Part shown: one piece after another, positions 1-14,879 of the stretch
Numbering within the stretch: position 1 is the stretch's first letter
Layout of the letters: every line of letters starts with the position of its first letter
Source: the human T2T-CHM13v2.0 reference genome, Homo sapiens
DNA length: 64,000 bases
NCBI RefSeq assembly: GCF_009914755.1
Contig: NC_060931.1
Reading direction: 5' to 3' (one strand)
The notes under the pieces: generated by a model
What the model was told of the DNA's origin: nothing
The model's database searches: none
What the model saw: only the letters and a program-made list of their open reading frames with translations
Position numbers and translations under genes: made by a program

Positions 1-303
1 CTTTAAAGTGTTTCTGAAATGTTAATGAAAATGTGCCCATTTAAAGAAGAAATTAATATTCCTTTTTTACTTTATTTATATATATAAAAGGAAAAGCACA
101 TATAATACAAATGCTTACACAACTTACCACAATGTTGTTTCAATCATGTGAAATCTTCTGGTTTCTTCTGTAAGATTTAACGAATGAACATCTATAAGAG
201 GAGTTTACAAAGTACCCCAGTTCTTATTCTGACTGAGTTTCTTTCCTCCTTTTTATTATATATGCTACAAGGGTGCAAAACTTAAGTCAGGAAAATAGCT
301 TAC

Positions 304-425
304 CTGTTGACAAGGAATCAGCAGGCTTGAATCTATTAATTCTTTAAGAGTCATTCATACATGTTTCCATTTTTTGTGTGTGGTTGATGGTGACACACTC
401 AACAAAGTCTACCAATTAAAAGCAG
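304..425 (-). other. Candidate non-coding exon (122 nt) on the minus strand
   Basis: The minus strand reads ttgttcttccatttctttttcag|CTGCTT...GTCAACAG|gtaagc: a polypyrimidine tract with CAG acceptor and a near-consensus donor. All three frames contain stops. No transcript evidence is available. Confidence 0.3.
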
Positions 426-3400
426 CTGAAAAAGAAATGGAAGAACAATGTGGGTTCTTCCCTATAATAATTTACCTTTATTTATTCTCTATTCAAAATC
501 TTGTTTACATAGTCTTGTTTAAATAATTTAAAGTACATATATTCTGAGCAAAATTAGAAATTAAATTACTATTCTTAGGGTCCAGGACAAGTTTGACAAA
601 TATGATGACAATGTGTTTAGAAAAAAATAATCCCCAGAACTCAATATCTAAAAGATTAATTATAAAACTTATCAAATGTTTATTTGATATTCTTTATTCA
701 ACTATCTGCAGCTTTTTCATTACAGAAGAATCAATATTATTCTTTAACATTTTCAAAATATTGTAAACATTTATTGAATAATTATGTTCTAAGATGTTTT
801 TGTGTTATAGTTATGGTTTCTACTAGTTAAAATCAGATTCATTTTTCAAAATGCAGATAATGTAAATTTTTCATGACTTGAAATAGTTATCATTGTATTT
901 ATGGGACATACAATATAGAGAGTAGATGTACAACATTGTGCACTGTCAGTGCTATCAAAAGGTATGATTTAATGTGGGAATTGCTACCCATGTTTTAAAT
1001 CTCAAAGTAGGAATTTTTAACTGAACAACCCTAATAATCCCAAATATTCTAAAGCTCTATAATCTCTAAAGCCCTGTTGAATTAATTCTTTCTTGTACCT
1101 GAATGATTTCTCAGAGTAAGAAGTTCAAATTATGGTGTGTAAAGTAGGGCTTCTATTATTTGTCTTAAAAAATCTCTACTTAGGCAGTTGCAAAGAGTCT
1201 GAAAAATGGCTGATTTCAATTTGAGTTGTGAGATCTCTCAAGATCTTGTTTCACCCAATGTACAGTAAGAATATTATCTGTCTTCCAGAATTGGTCAGAA
1301 AGGAAAGTAAGATAAAGAATATTAAAGTGCTTTGTATGCTATAATGCACTCTTGCCCGTGGACATCATGCTTAAGGGAGATTCTGAAATTTGGTGCACAA
1401 GTTGCTCTTTGTGATTTTATAGGAATGAATCACATGGCTTTCAGCCTTCGTATTTCCTAACTGAGAAGCTCTGCTTTTTTAGATCGCCCTTTCAGAAATT
1501 TCAGTCAAACCAAGATTTATTAGTGCTCACTATCTGCTGTGCACTTCACTGGCGGTTTATAATGCAGAGAGGAAGATAGCAGGATTTCTTCTTTACTTCC
1601 TTTCTAACCTTTTTGTCACTTATTCAGTGCTTCTAAAATTGGTCAACCAAAATTCCACTCTTGGGTGAAGATTGTGAATGTGAGCCTGAGGGAGAAACAC
1701 TGGGAGAAGGCATGACCCAGTTTGAGGAGAGCATAAATAGTCCATCTCTCATCATCCTTCAAAAGAGCAATGAATATAACTGCCCACATTATTTTAAATG
1801 TGATTGTCCATTTTAAGAAAAGGTTTCTTTTTTTGTAAATATTTTGTCCAATAGTCTTCCTTCAGGCTTTTCCATATTATTGTATCTTTCTTTTTTTGCT
1901 TCCGGAAATAGAATGAACAAAATTCAGCTCAAATTAATTAGCTTTCTACTTTTACCTGTTAGCCTAGACAAGTTAATAAACTAACATACTAATAGGAAAG
2001 CACAGGAAATAAAAATGTCAGTAAATAAAAATTGAGTGGATAGAATTTTTTTTTTCAGGATATGAGTACAGCACTATAACTCCCCACATCTCACATCCAT
2101 TCCAAGAGAAACTGTTTTCACTATTTACCTCCTAGCATTTTATTGCCTTTTTGTCTACATAGACGTGCTGGCAAGACATCATCCTCTGTAGTAACCAAAA
2201 AGATCTGTCTATCCTCTTACGAATATAGTGAAACTAAAAATGGTGTATGGATCAGACATCGATTCCACATGTCTGCATTTATAACTGTATAGAATCTCAC
2301 CAGCAATGCAGACTTTATGATCATGCATACTTGAAGACTGTTATAAGTAAATGATTATTTTATCTTCTACTGAAAAGCTTAGATGATCTCACATTTTGAA
2401 TAGTGGTTTGAAAAGAAGATGATCTAACTCAACTGGAAATCCACATTAGTGGTGAACTACTGTCTCATAATTTACCACAAGCACTAAGAATATGCTATGT
2501 ATATGAAAGCACTGGCTAGAACACTTCCCATTTTGCAGTTCCTGAAGTTATTTTAGCTCAGTTGAGGAAGAGCCGAATCTCTGTAGCATGGCTCTGCCAC
2601 ATAGATTCTCCCAGGGGTTTGTTCCAACCCTTTACATTCTCTTACACTTCAGAGGTATGAGCAGAGAAACAGACTGGGAAATAAAAGTAAATATTAAATT
2701 TAACATCCTATCTGTGACTAGATAAATAAATCTATCCAAATAATGAGTTAGTTAAGAACTTTGTTGTCTCAACACCTATATTTGCTCATTAAAATTGTTA
2801 ACAAACCCCACCAGGGTAAAAATACAACAGAAGGAAAACACGCAACTTCATGGAATGCTCACACTTTTTGTTTCCTTTTTTTATTTGTATTTGTTGCCTT
2901 GACATCCAACTTTAAATTGCTGAAGCCATTCTTCCCTAGGCAAAATCATTTTTAAAAGAAGAAGATGACTATAAAATCAGTAACTCCAAATTGAATGAGT
3001 AGTTTGATAGTACAAGTCAAGATTGCAAACACCAAATGCACCATTTGAAATAGAATAAATTTAGGTCATATCATTCTTTTCCTCTCCCATTTCCAAGGAC
3101 AAGTCACTAGCTCCTGAACCTGTGCAAAGAGTTTACTCATTTACTTTACCCAGACTAAAATAAATCAAGGAAGGATACAGCTGCAAGTAGATATGAAATG
3201 GAGATCACACACATTTTGATAGAAATCAATTTAACATTTACCAGGAACATGCTTTTCAATAATATATGACCTGATACAAAGCACCTTCATGTTATTAACA
3301 AACTTGGATATATTAGAGAAATTCAGTATTATTAAATACTCATTAACAAATCCTAATCTTTTCTTTGTCAGGAATTTTTACTGAAATCCCTCCTACCTGC

Positions 3401-5259
3401 CTAATCACCAGGTGGCAGTGTAGTAGCACTCATCCATATCTGTCTTTGAAAAACTTCAATAAAGTGGCATTACAATGAGATTTTCACATAGCATAGGTAG
3501 AAGTGTTTGGGTTTTGAAATTTTTTAAGTGTTACTCCCCCCCAGTATTAAAATAGCCTTGCATACATTTTCATAAGTTCCCTTTTGCTTTGAGTACTATG
3601 TAGATAGTTATTTTCTCCAATTTTTTAAACTAGAAAAACTGAATATATATATATAACCTCACGGTTCTCTGTTGTCTTAGTTTTAAATAGGAACCTTTTC
3701 TACATCATAATAAGAAGCACATTATGTATTTTTTTCAACCAGCTCTTTTCAACAATTGGATTACGGCTGGGTTTCCCAAAGCTTCAACAGAAGCATATGC
3801 CAGCAGACTACAAACCTCGAAGACAAGAATCCTGACATTTCATTTTTCCTTATCTAAACTTCTCCAGCTGTCATTATGCCATCTGAGACGAGTTTTCAGT
3901 CTACAGTTCTATTCACTCTATCAATTTCTTTGTATTTGCACAATGTTCATTCAGCACTTTAGCCAGGACAAAAGAACCAATTTCAACATTTGGTTTCAGA
4001 TACCCAGGGTTTATTACGTGCTTAAAGTATGTCTGGATTCTTCTTTTTGCAGATGGAAATTCAAAGATCCAGGTCATGTAATCTGATCCAATGCCAACTA
4101 GTGAGTGTGGGACATAACTTCAAACCTGCAGCATCTATGTTTACTCTCTGTTGGAATTTAATGTCATATTATCCACAAATACTTCCTGCTGTATCAGAAA
4201 TAAGGTATTTGGGAATGTCTCCTAAACCCTCTATATAATCTTTTCCAATATTAGAGTCAGTAGAAATCCTCTGTTTTTGAGCTGCAGGTGTTAATTGGGA
4301 GGTAGAAGAAAGTGACTTTTACTGCAAGAACTGGGATTAAACTGCAGTTACATTTCTTGAAAAGCTGACTACACAAAACCTGGCTAAAAACAACGACAAC
4401 CTAAAGGAGACACTCTATGACCCGATGAATGGCTGGAAGTCTTAGCAGGCTGAATTAAAAAATACTTGGAATTTTATTTGGAAAACCTTCCTTCTGTAGT
4501 GAGTCCACCTCCATGTGCTTGATGCAGTTGACACTTACTACCCTGCAGAAGATTATTCAGCCTGTCAGCCAATCTAGAAAATAAAATAATCACAATCCAT
4601 GTTTGGTGGTATAGTAACTATTAAGTTGATACGGGAACATTTTGCAAAACATGTTAAAATTAAGTTAAAATGAAAGTGGCTCGAAATTAGGATTGTAAGA
4701 TTTTGCATTTCAATTCAGTTTCCACAGCAATGTTTGGTTGAACTAAAATTCTAAATATGTTAGGAATAAGCCTCTGCTGTACATCATTATGTTCAAAGTT
4801 CTCTGTAGCTCCATTTGTGAAAACAAGTGGATGAATAGGTATACATTTTAAAAATATATCTTTGGGATAAAAAGCCTTTTTGAGTTCTTGGTTTTCAGGA
4901 TGTTCTTTCTGGTATTCTTAAAATAAATGCTTCTATAGTATTACAAAGATAATTTCATTAACCTGCTAAAATGGGAATGTATTTATAGCTACAAGGTGAA
5001 AAGTATTATTAATAATAATTTCAAGATGACAGATATTAAATAGTTCAATTATTATTGATAATAAGATTTTATATGAGTGTGTTTTTATTTTCTATTTTAG
5101 TTATAAGTAAATCATAATATTCTTCTAAAAATGGTCTTTATCAAAATTATTTTAAAATGTTTCATTAGATAATAAGCAATGCCATTACATGGATTTTTCT
5201 CTCACTTTTTAATATAAATTAACCAATCAGCATTTCTAGATATCTCATAATTTGATAAC

Positions 5260-5400
5260 TAGAAAGGTCTTTGGAGATACCTCAGAATAAAATATTTATT
5301 ATATAAATGAAGAAATTAAGACCCAGTGAGGTTAAGTGACATCTAAAAGGATACAAAAAATCAATGGCTAAATAGGGCCAGAACTCAAATCTCCTAAGTA
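5260..5400 (-). mobile_element. MIR SINE fragment
   Basis: Degenerate MIR core: aatgaagaaattaagacccagtgaggttaagtgac...gggccagaactcaaatctcct. Confidence 0.6.
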
Positions 5401-5639
5401 CAAATGCCTTCTGTATAAGTTTTCTCTCTCTCTCTTTTTTTTTTTTTTTTTTGGTAACACCTTATGTTTAATTCCATTCATATTTTATATTTTATATGTA
5501 TAATTTCTAGTGAACTCACTGCATATCACTGTGTAAAATTTAAGGCACACATTTTTCTTAATATTTTCTTAAGAAAATTTATCATTCTTGACCATTCCTG
5601 AGAGCAAAATAATTGACTAAGAATAACAAATGTTGAGAC

Positions 5640-5800
5640 AAGCAAGCCTACGTTCAAATCCTAACCATGACTGTAACTAACTATGGACAAATTATTTAAC
5701 TTCTCTGAGCTTTAATTACCTCACTTATATAATGGAAATATGACTTCATCCAGGCCTGTGGTAAAAATTAAATGAAATAACACATCTAGATGTCTGCATT
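5640..5800 (+). mobile_element. MIR SINE fragment
   Basis: gttcaaatcct...ggacaaattatttaacttctctgagctttaattacctcacttatataatggaaata matches the MIR core. Confidence 0.65.
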
Positions 5801-6059
5801 TAGTTATAATAGTAGGAATAATAACAACAATTATTATTATTGTGAACATGTAATAAAGTTTCAGTTGACCTGTACTGGGTTAAAATGACACTATAATCTT
5901 TTTAACTTTTTCAAAACAAAAATTCTGATTGTAATCCAGTAGTTAGGTAGCTCTAACTTTCAGTTGACTTACATACAATCTATAGGCATACATTTCTTTA
6001 AGTGAAGATCTATAAATCATTATTTGCCCCATGAATTAAGAGAGAATGCTGCTGTTCAA

Positions 6060-6150
6060 TACCTGAGACCAACAGAAGTTAAAAGAAGCTAAGAGTCACA
6101 TAGCAAATCAGTGGTCGAGTTTGATCAAGAACTTCAATCTTTTTGCCTCT
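6060..6150 (-). mobile_element. MIR fragment
   Basis: ctgagaccaacagaagttaa...agtcacatagcaaatcagtgg resembles the antisense MIR core. Confidence 0.45.
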
Positions 6151-7484
6151 GATATAAATGGTTTTGATACTTCTCTATATCAGTGATTTTCAGCCTGTTC
6201 TTAGAGAAATCCTAGTAAGTTCTGAGGTATCCCAGGGACAGAGAATGGAGACCAAAAAGCTGCCAGATGATGGCTGAAATGACAAGATTCTGAGTGCCCT
6301 CTCTGCTTGTCAGCTAGACCAGCTCTTCTTTTATTGATCATTTGTATTAAGATCTTGCATAATATATATGGATTCTTCTATTTTACAAAAGTTTACCATA
6401 CTTATTTTCTTGTAGTATTAACATTTGAAACATAAGCATAGAAAATTTTGATACTGAAACAGGCACTGGAAAGAAAGTTAGAACAAAAAAGAAGAACAAA
6501 CTATTTATATGTTTAATGTTTAATTTATGATTAAACATAAATTTATTTTAAGAACTACCTTTCAATAACCTAACGATCTTAGCATAAATATAAATAAAAT
6601 TATTCATATATGAAAATATGTCTTTCATAAACATAATGTGCTAGATATTTCTAACAGAAAAGAGAAGGCAATTTCTTACTAACTTGTAATGCTTGAGCTG
6701 ACATTAGAAAGTCCTTTGAAAAGAATACAAGAGTTTAGGTATCAATAAAAAAATCCACAATTGATTATGTCTTTGTAAATCACTGAGAAAACATTCTATA
6801 TATTACAGCCTTACTATTCCAACAGAAAAAAGAGCAGAATTATATGTTCCATCAAGGGCATAAACATACTAACTTTGAAAAGATAATGTACATGGATAAA
6901 TGGATGGATTGATAGATGGGTTAAAATATTCAAATTGACCAAATAAAGTGTATAAACTTCTTAATATAAGAGTTTTCATTATTTCATAAAAATGTTCTTG
7001 TTGGTGTTGTAGTCTTATCCAAAAGATGTCTTTGATTACTAAAACTATAAAATCCTATTACATCATATTTTTCTTTAGAAATATATGAGGGTCCTGAAGA
7101 GACAAACGTCAGTCTATCAGTTTATTATCAGTTTGGGTCTTAGTTTATTTTCATTTATATTAAACAATTCTGGAAAAAAATAAATTGTAAATTTGTGTGT
7201 TCAATTATAAGTGGGTAGTGTCATTGAGAAACAGTTTATCAAGAATACCCAAATATTCCAATATAATCTCAATTACTTCTCTACAAATTTGTTGTCATCT
7301 AAAGGATGTCAGAAAGTGACACAGAGCATGCTGGGAAAGTAATCATTATCTCTTCGTCACTATGTACTTCTTCTGCTTTTTACATTTTGTATGTTTTAAT
7401 TTAGAGAGAAAGCTGTAGCTCTTTCCCTGAAATTAAAAATGTGTTTGGGTGAGAAAATAGAAAAATACATTTAGAGATCATAAT

Positions 7485-7490
<6 letters not shown>

Positions 7491-7533
<43 letters not shown>

Positions 7534-7534
7534 T
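7491..7534. repeat. Compound microsatellite (CT)13(GT)9
   Basis: Read directly. Confidence 0.95.
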
Positions 7535-8199
7535 TATACACAGTAAAAGTTATCATAGGAATGAAATGTTATAAAGTATAAGGTTTAGCCAATTTTTGTC
7601 CTTCAGAAAGACAGAATCCAAGAAAGATATAATTTTCAAATATTTTAATGAGTGTGTTGGCATTACTTTGAGAAGCATTTATCTTCTGGGTGATATAATA
7701 CAAATATGTTTAATTCTAGCTAGTTATCCTAATACTGTTTGGTAACTAGCAGTTAGGTGGCCTTACTAACAGCAGGTGCCTACAAGTTTCAGAAGAGATA
7801 ATATTATGGTCACTTGTGGGACTGTGTAAGAGGAGAGAAAAAGAGTCAACAAGTGCACTGAACCAAATAGGTAGCTTAATAGCAGGTATTCCAAACAATG
7901 TAGCATGAAAATGTGAAACGACACTGATGGAAATGCAAAGGGTTCTTAGACTATGAGTGAAATTTAGAATTGTTCTTTTTACCTGCAAAATCAAATGGAT
8001 TTTCTACACAGTGAGATGCTATCACTATTGGTTTTAGTAATTGTCATTACCCTGCCCAAAGCAATGATGGCAACACAATAGAACTTATGTTGCCAAGGTA
8101 TGGCTTAGAACTTCACATAAACACCTGAAACCATTGATTCCAGTTACTGAGAGAATCACCATTATTGTGGTACCATAACCTTACCTAGAAGTATTTTTT

Positions 8200-8650
8200 A
8201 ACATCCCCCAATCTCTACTTCTGCCTTCATTTTCCATCAATTACAAGTTCAATTAATTTTACTTTTCTATATCTATAAATCCTATTCACCTACATTCATC
8301 TGTAGAGATATTATCTTAGTTCAAGTTATCGTTATGTCTTCAAAATCATAGAAGGCCTTGGAGGATCTGAACTCAGTCTACTTGTCCATGCACAAATATT
8401 CGCACCTGCATCCTCAGCCTTCTTTGTGTATCCCAATTAGTTCAGATCCCACAGGTATATGTTGTAATAGCAGTCTACATTACTTCATATCTAAGGACGA
8501 ATTACTTGTGTGTTATTTAACATACCATCCCCAACAGAATGCAGCTCACTGTATGCAGGGACAATGTCTGCCTTGTTCACTTCATTATCTTCAGTAGATT
8601 CACATAGTACAAGCTCCAGAAATAATTGTTTATTCAATGAATGGATGATG
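8200..8650 (+). mobile_element. L2 LINE 3' fragment
   Basis: Ends in an L2-type terminus: gcagggacaatgtctgccttgttcac...aataattgtttattcaatgaatggatg. Confidence 0.5.
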
Positions 8651-9054
8651 TCTTTATAAAGAGGATAGTTCTATGGAAGTATATTATAGATACGAACTTA
8701 GGAACATAAAAGCTAGAAATTAATTTCTCATTTACTGAACACCTCCTAGAAATAGAATTTATTTTTAAACAACATGAGAGGTTCAAGGTAAAAAAATATA
8801 TAATCTTTCTTCACATTAATGGTTAGTATACAAAATTACTGTGTTCCAATAGCTTAGAGAAGGTTAATATTATTTCCAAGGTTCATATTTTGTTTTTTTA
8901 ATTTCTTATCAGTTTCTTCATTAACGAAAGGCAGAGAATGACTGCTTAGTAAAAGTGTTCTGATGATTAAGTGAAGTTATATAGGAAAAGAACCAGACTG
9001 ATAATAGATATTCAGTAACTGTTCATTCCCTACTGTATCAGAATTACTTAACCA

Positions 9055-9385
<331 letters not shown>

Positions 9386-11869
9386 TTACCCCTTTACTTT
9401 CTGATATTTTATTCCACAGTAAAAGAAAACAACAATAAAAACCTCAGAAAGAAACTCATTTCTTTATGGAGAAGAATTAGACTACTTGTTTAGTAGAATC
9501 TGATGAAATAAAATAAAAAATTATGCCTTCCAAAAGGAAAAAAAAATCCTGGAATCTTTCTGTCTTAAACTGTTTTTGTCTGAGAGCTTATTAATGGGTA
9601 TATGAAGAAATAAGGAGGTGATATTAAAGAAACATTACAAATGAGCATATCTGTTAGTATTGTCTACTATTTATATACTAGACAATTTAGGGTTCAATAC
9701 TTTTTTCAGTCATATTTTGAGAAAAAATTGTCGATTCAAGAGAATTGTTTAATTAATGAATATCTGAATACCAAAAAGTGATGAGAACCTGAACTTTGCA
9801 TAGGGAGTGAGAAAAGCATGAAAAGGATTAGTGGAGGGGGAAGAACAAATCAAGGATACTAGGAAATTAGAGTGAAAACCTATATTGTCTTTAGAAAGAT
9901 ACTTGAACTGAAGTCAAAGTAAAGTGAGAATCAAATGCTAATTTGATTTAGCACCAAATAGCAGTAATAACAGTGTGAGTGTGTAGGGGATATATTTCTC
10001 CAAAACGATTTCTGATTAAAGCAATAATAATAAAATTCTTAAAAGAAAAATTGCAGTATGTTGCATTGGGGAAACTGCATTTATTTTTCAAACCTCAAAG
10101 ATAGAAAAATGTTAAATAGAATGTAAAAACAATAATTAAAAATATTCTGATTTCCAAAATGCTCAAATTACTTGGACACTCTTGTTCAGCTCAATTTCCT
10201 CCCATGAAAATGTACTTAGATGATTGAGAGTGTTAATACTTATTTTAACATATCAACACTCTTCCATTATATTAATTTCTATCTCACTTCTTTCTAGGGT
10301 TGTTAGAATCAACTAGTAGGTAGTATGAACTGTCAGAAAAGGAATTTTCTCATGCCAACAGGTTGAAGTGGTAGGTGGCATACTTACCCATGGAACACTG
10401 ATTTTGTTTTAGATAAAAGGAAAGGCTATACTTTATTTTTCAGACGCAATACCAGCCAAAAAAAAAAAAAGTAAATGAGATAAAAAAGGTGCAGTAAGTG
10501 TGTGTTGATAGAAAGGTTGAGAAAGAGGCAATAAGAAATAAATGGAGAAATAAAGAAAAGTTTTTAGATGTTACTCATCTGAATTTCATATTTACTGATT
10601 GTTTGCATGTCAATTCAAGACATGGCCTGAAGTTTCCATTTTTATTTTGCTGAATCTCATTTGTACCAGTTCAAATTTCAACCTCCTCAGTATTCTCTAT
10701 TTGACTCTTTTTACCTATAATAGGAAAAAAACTCTCCACTCTGAAAGGCTTTCTATTAACCACTATACATTTAGTCCTGAAAGTCAATTTTCATATGGTT
10801 CTCTTTTATTTTTTATCACTATCATATGATAGTTGTAATGAAAATAATTTGAGTATCTGTTTGCTTGTCACACCTTTGTTCAGTAATTGTGACAACAAAT
10901 TACTTTGGAGAGAAATTATTAAACTGATAAAGTGGTCACTTCAATGGAAAAATTGTTCCATTACCTATTCTCCATACAAAAATGTTATCAAAATGGAAAA
11001 ACAAATTCACTAACCATGACAATATAATGAATTGTCTTAAACATATATACTTTGTATGCTGTGAATTCTTCTTGAATCATGAGGTTTTTAAATGAAAATA
11101 GTCTTGTCAACCAGGGCCAAAGATTTTTCTCAATTTGAGGCAATGTGATCGTGTTGAAATGTTTTACTGATTTTACCCTTACTATTTTAACTAGAATCTT
11201 AGACTGTATATAGATTATAAAGAATGAAATAAAAAGTAAATGCATTTAGAAAATCTGTAATGAATTTGAAAGAGGAGGTAGATATGAAAGAATAAAATAA
11301 AAAATATTTGCTCAGTAAATATTAATCACAATTTATACATATTGCTTTATTCATTTACTTAAACATTATCTAATGCTCCCAATATAAAGTCCATATATGG
11401 GCTTTGATTTTGTTGTGCTCCTGTATTCTCAGCATATCCAAGGTATTCAATAAAAAATCTGTTTAATAAATATATACATGCCTACTTTTAGAAAAAAATA
11501 AAAAGACTAACTTTTTGAATTTGGGGTTACATCTGCATATATATTGATGGGTGTGTATGTTAAAAAATAGTCTTATTTGTCTTGGGAACCTATTTGATTC
11601 TGAAATCAGAAAGCTAAACTTGCTAACTGGAAAAGCCTCACTCAGCTAAAACTGATCCAATTGCCAGGTCTCTTAATTGAGTGCATTTTACCATTGGCTG
11701 GATAAAGTTAATCTGTAATTTAAAAATGTAAAACACAAATGGAGTAATGAAGTAATTATAGGATATATTATAATTATGTTTTGCATAAAAGTGCTCTTTT
11801 TGCTTAAATTCTTCAGATAATTGGCTCAACTTTCAAATTGATTTTGTATATATAGGTAAAGCTGAAAGA

Positions 11870-12870
11870 GTTCATCCCCAACTCATGTGCTTAAACCCCC
11901 AAGTGTGAAGTTCTACATGTCTGCTTTCCTTCCGATGCCCTCAATTAGTTCAACCAATTTCACCTTGAAAATATGTTGATCATGCTCAATTCTTTTCATC
12001 TCCACTGCTAGTCCAAACCACCAATATTTTTCTGAGCTAACTGCAGTAACCACCCTGCTTCTGCTCTTGCCCACCCCACCTCTTCTCCAAACAGCAGCTT
12101 GAAGGATCATGTTTTTCAGAGTCATACACTTATGCCATCCCTCTACTTCAAAGAGTTCAGTGACTTTCAATCCCACCTAGAATAAAATCCAACTCTTTAC
12201 ATGGTCGATAAAACTTTATATGATCTATATCTCTCTTCGGTCATAACTTCAAACTCCAGCACACTGTGCTCTAGCAACAGTGGCCTTTTCTCTGTTCTTC
12301 AACAACACCAAGTTCTTCCCTATCAGAGGGCTCTTACACAGGTTGTACCCTTAGCTCACCAACTCCGCTCCCATATATTCACATGCCTGGTCACTTTAGC
12401 ATTCAGAGCTCAGCACACTCACAACCTCTGAGAGGTCTCTCCTGACAATTCTATCTCAAGAAGCCCACATCCTCATTTATTCTCTAGTCCAGGGACTGGC
12501 AAACCATGACCCCAGATTCAGCTGCTTGTTTTAGTAAATATAGTTTCATTAGAATGCAACTTTGCAATTTGTATGTGGCTGCTTTAGTTCTACATCAGAG
12601 TGAAATAATTTTGACAGGGATCATATGGACCACAAAGCCTAAAATATTTGCTACTGGGCACTTTAAGAAAACATTTGCCAACCAGTGCTTTATGCCACAA
12701 CTCTGAACACAGTTTGACAGTATGTTATATTCATATGTGTTTGTTCACTGTGAGTTTTATCAGAGCAGAGAATTTTCTGTCTTATTTGAGTCTTAATCCC
12801 CAGTGTTGGGCACATTTCCAGAAACATGCAGATTTTAAATCAATATCTTTTGAATCTTGAATGAACAATA
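11870..12870 (+). mobile_element. L2 LINE 3' region, interrupted by MER58
   Basis: L2 motifs tagaataaaatccaactctttacatgg, tggccttttctctgttcttcaacaacaccaag and the terminal tgaatcttgaatgaa. Confidence 0.7.
12490..12687. mobile_element. MER58A-like hAT-Charlie MITE
   Basis: Terminal inverted ends cagggactggcaaac ... tttgccaaccagtg; internal cacaaagcctaaaatatttgcta. Confidence 0.8.
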
Positions 12871-13022
12871 TTAGAAAAGATTTAGATTTTCAGATGACTG
12901 GTAGGTTGCAATATTTGTCAAAATACTGGCTGCTTCTTTGTAGGTGAAGGCAGTTTTGTACTTCAGCAAAACCATGCCTGGCCATATGACTTGTGTTGTG
13001 CCCTCTGGGGAAGGATTAGATC

Positions 13023-13396
13023 TGATATGGTTTGGCTGTGTCCCCAAGAAAATCTCATCTTGAATTGTAGTTCCCATAATCCCCACATGCTGTCGGAGGG
13101 ACCAGGTGGAGATAATTGAATCATGGGGGCAATTTCCCCCATCCTGGTCTCTTGATACTGAGTTAGTTCTAGTGAGATCTGATGGTTTTATAAGGGGCTC
13201 CCCCTTCGCTGGACACTCATTCTTCTCTCTCCTGCCACCTTGTGAAGAAGGACATGTTTGCTTCCCCTTCTGCCATGATTATAAGGTTCCTGAGGCCTCC
13301 CCAGCCCTGTGGAACTGAGTCAATTAAACCTCTTTCCTTTATGGATTACCCAATCTCAAGTATGTCCTTATAGCAGTGTGATAATGAGCTACTATA
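13023..13396 (+). mobile_element. THE1 (THE1C/D-like) MaLR solo LTR
   Basis: Starts tgatatggtttggctgtgtcccca and contains gagatctgatggttttataagggg, gaggcctccccagcc and attaaacctctttcc. It ends near ctactata (consensus ctaataca). Confidence 0.93.
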
Positions 13397-13399
13397 GTA

Positions 13400-13741
13400 A
13401 ATATCTTTTTCCCCAATGCTACTGCTGTTGAACTCAGAAAGGCCATTTGTCTTGAGGTGGCAAATGAAAAGCGGGTAAAACTACTAAATGCGGATTTTTT
13501 AGCAGAAACTGTGGGAGTCACTTCTTGGTTCACTAATACGTTCTTTTCCCTTTACCATTATACCTGCAGCGTCCAGAACAGGAACTACTTCGCCATCTTG
13601 GATCCTGGAGGGAAAACCTGGCTGAAGAGACTCATTTTAGAGATATTACAAGAAGGAGAAATCATCTTTGTTACTGTAAAGTGCTGATATTTGGGGGTTG
13701 TATGTTAACACAGCCCAACCTAGCCAAAATGTACTGATATA
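13400..13741 (+). mobile_element. MLT1-type MaLR LTR fragment
   Basis: 3' end gatatttgggggttgtatgttaacacagcccaacctagcc...ctgatata. Confidence 0.5.
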
Positions 13742-14432
13742 TGTCGTATGTGGGATATGGCAATGATAAAAATAGAATGGTTTTCAGGTCAAAGGAGTGT
13801 CTTCTAATGATGTAGACATGTTTTCTTGTTACAGCCTGGGGTGTTAAATGTATCTTTACTAATTGTTCTCTCATATCTCTTGTGATTGAGAACAGATGGC
13901 TGTGATGATTTTCAGATGATGTTCTGATGATCTGGGAAACATTGAGCAATCTTTAATCATCTTGAAATTTTTAAGAAATAATTTCTTATTTATCAAAAAA
14001 AATGAGCTGCAAGATGTTTTTCCTTCAAGAATGACTTAGCATAGAAAGCACCCATGATTAAGGCTAACAAATAAGACAGTACAATTTAAGTATTCTGATT
14101 TCAAGTGCATTTTCTTTCCTAGCAATGTATAAAAATCTGTCTTGCAAAAATATAAATTTTGAATATCAAGCAGTTACTGAATAAAAGATCAGAGACAGGC
14201 AGAGTTCAATGTTATAACATTCAAATAGATACATGTAAAATTAAAATTGTAATTTGAGGAAAAGTATTTAGTAAAAGTAATTAAAGCTTTACTCAGTAAT
14301 ATCTTCAAGGTTACTCTTTTGTCAGAAAAATATGTATAATACATTGAAAAACACATTATGTTTTTGAATTTAAAGCTTTTTTCTTATCATATAAATAAGT
14401 GGAGATAATTTGAAATGTAAAGTAAAAAAGAA

Positions 14433-14819
<387 letters not shown>

Positions 14820-14879
14820 TCAATATTTGGAGCCAGTTGTTTGGTCTGTCTATATTATATCCATGGCTATATCTGTCTA

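Noticed and set aside
13296-13308. PRDM9 hotspot 13-mer in the THE1 LTR
   Set aside because: The sequence is cctccccagccct, which misses CCNCCNTNNCCNC at positions 7 and 13.
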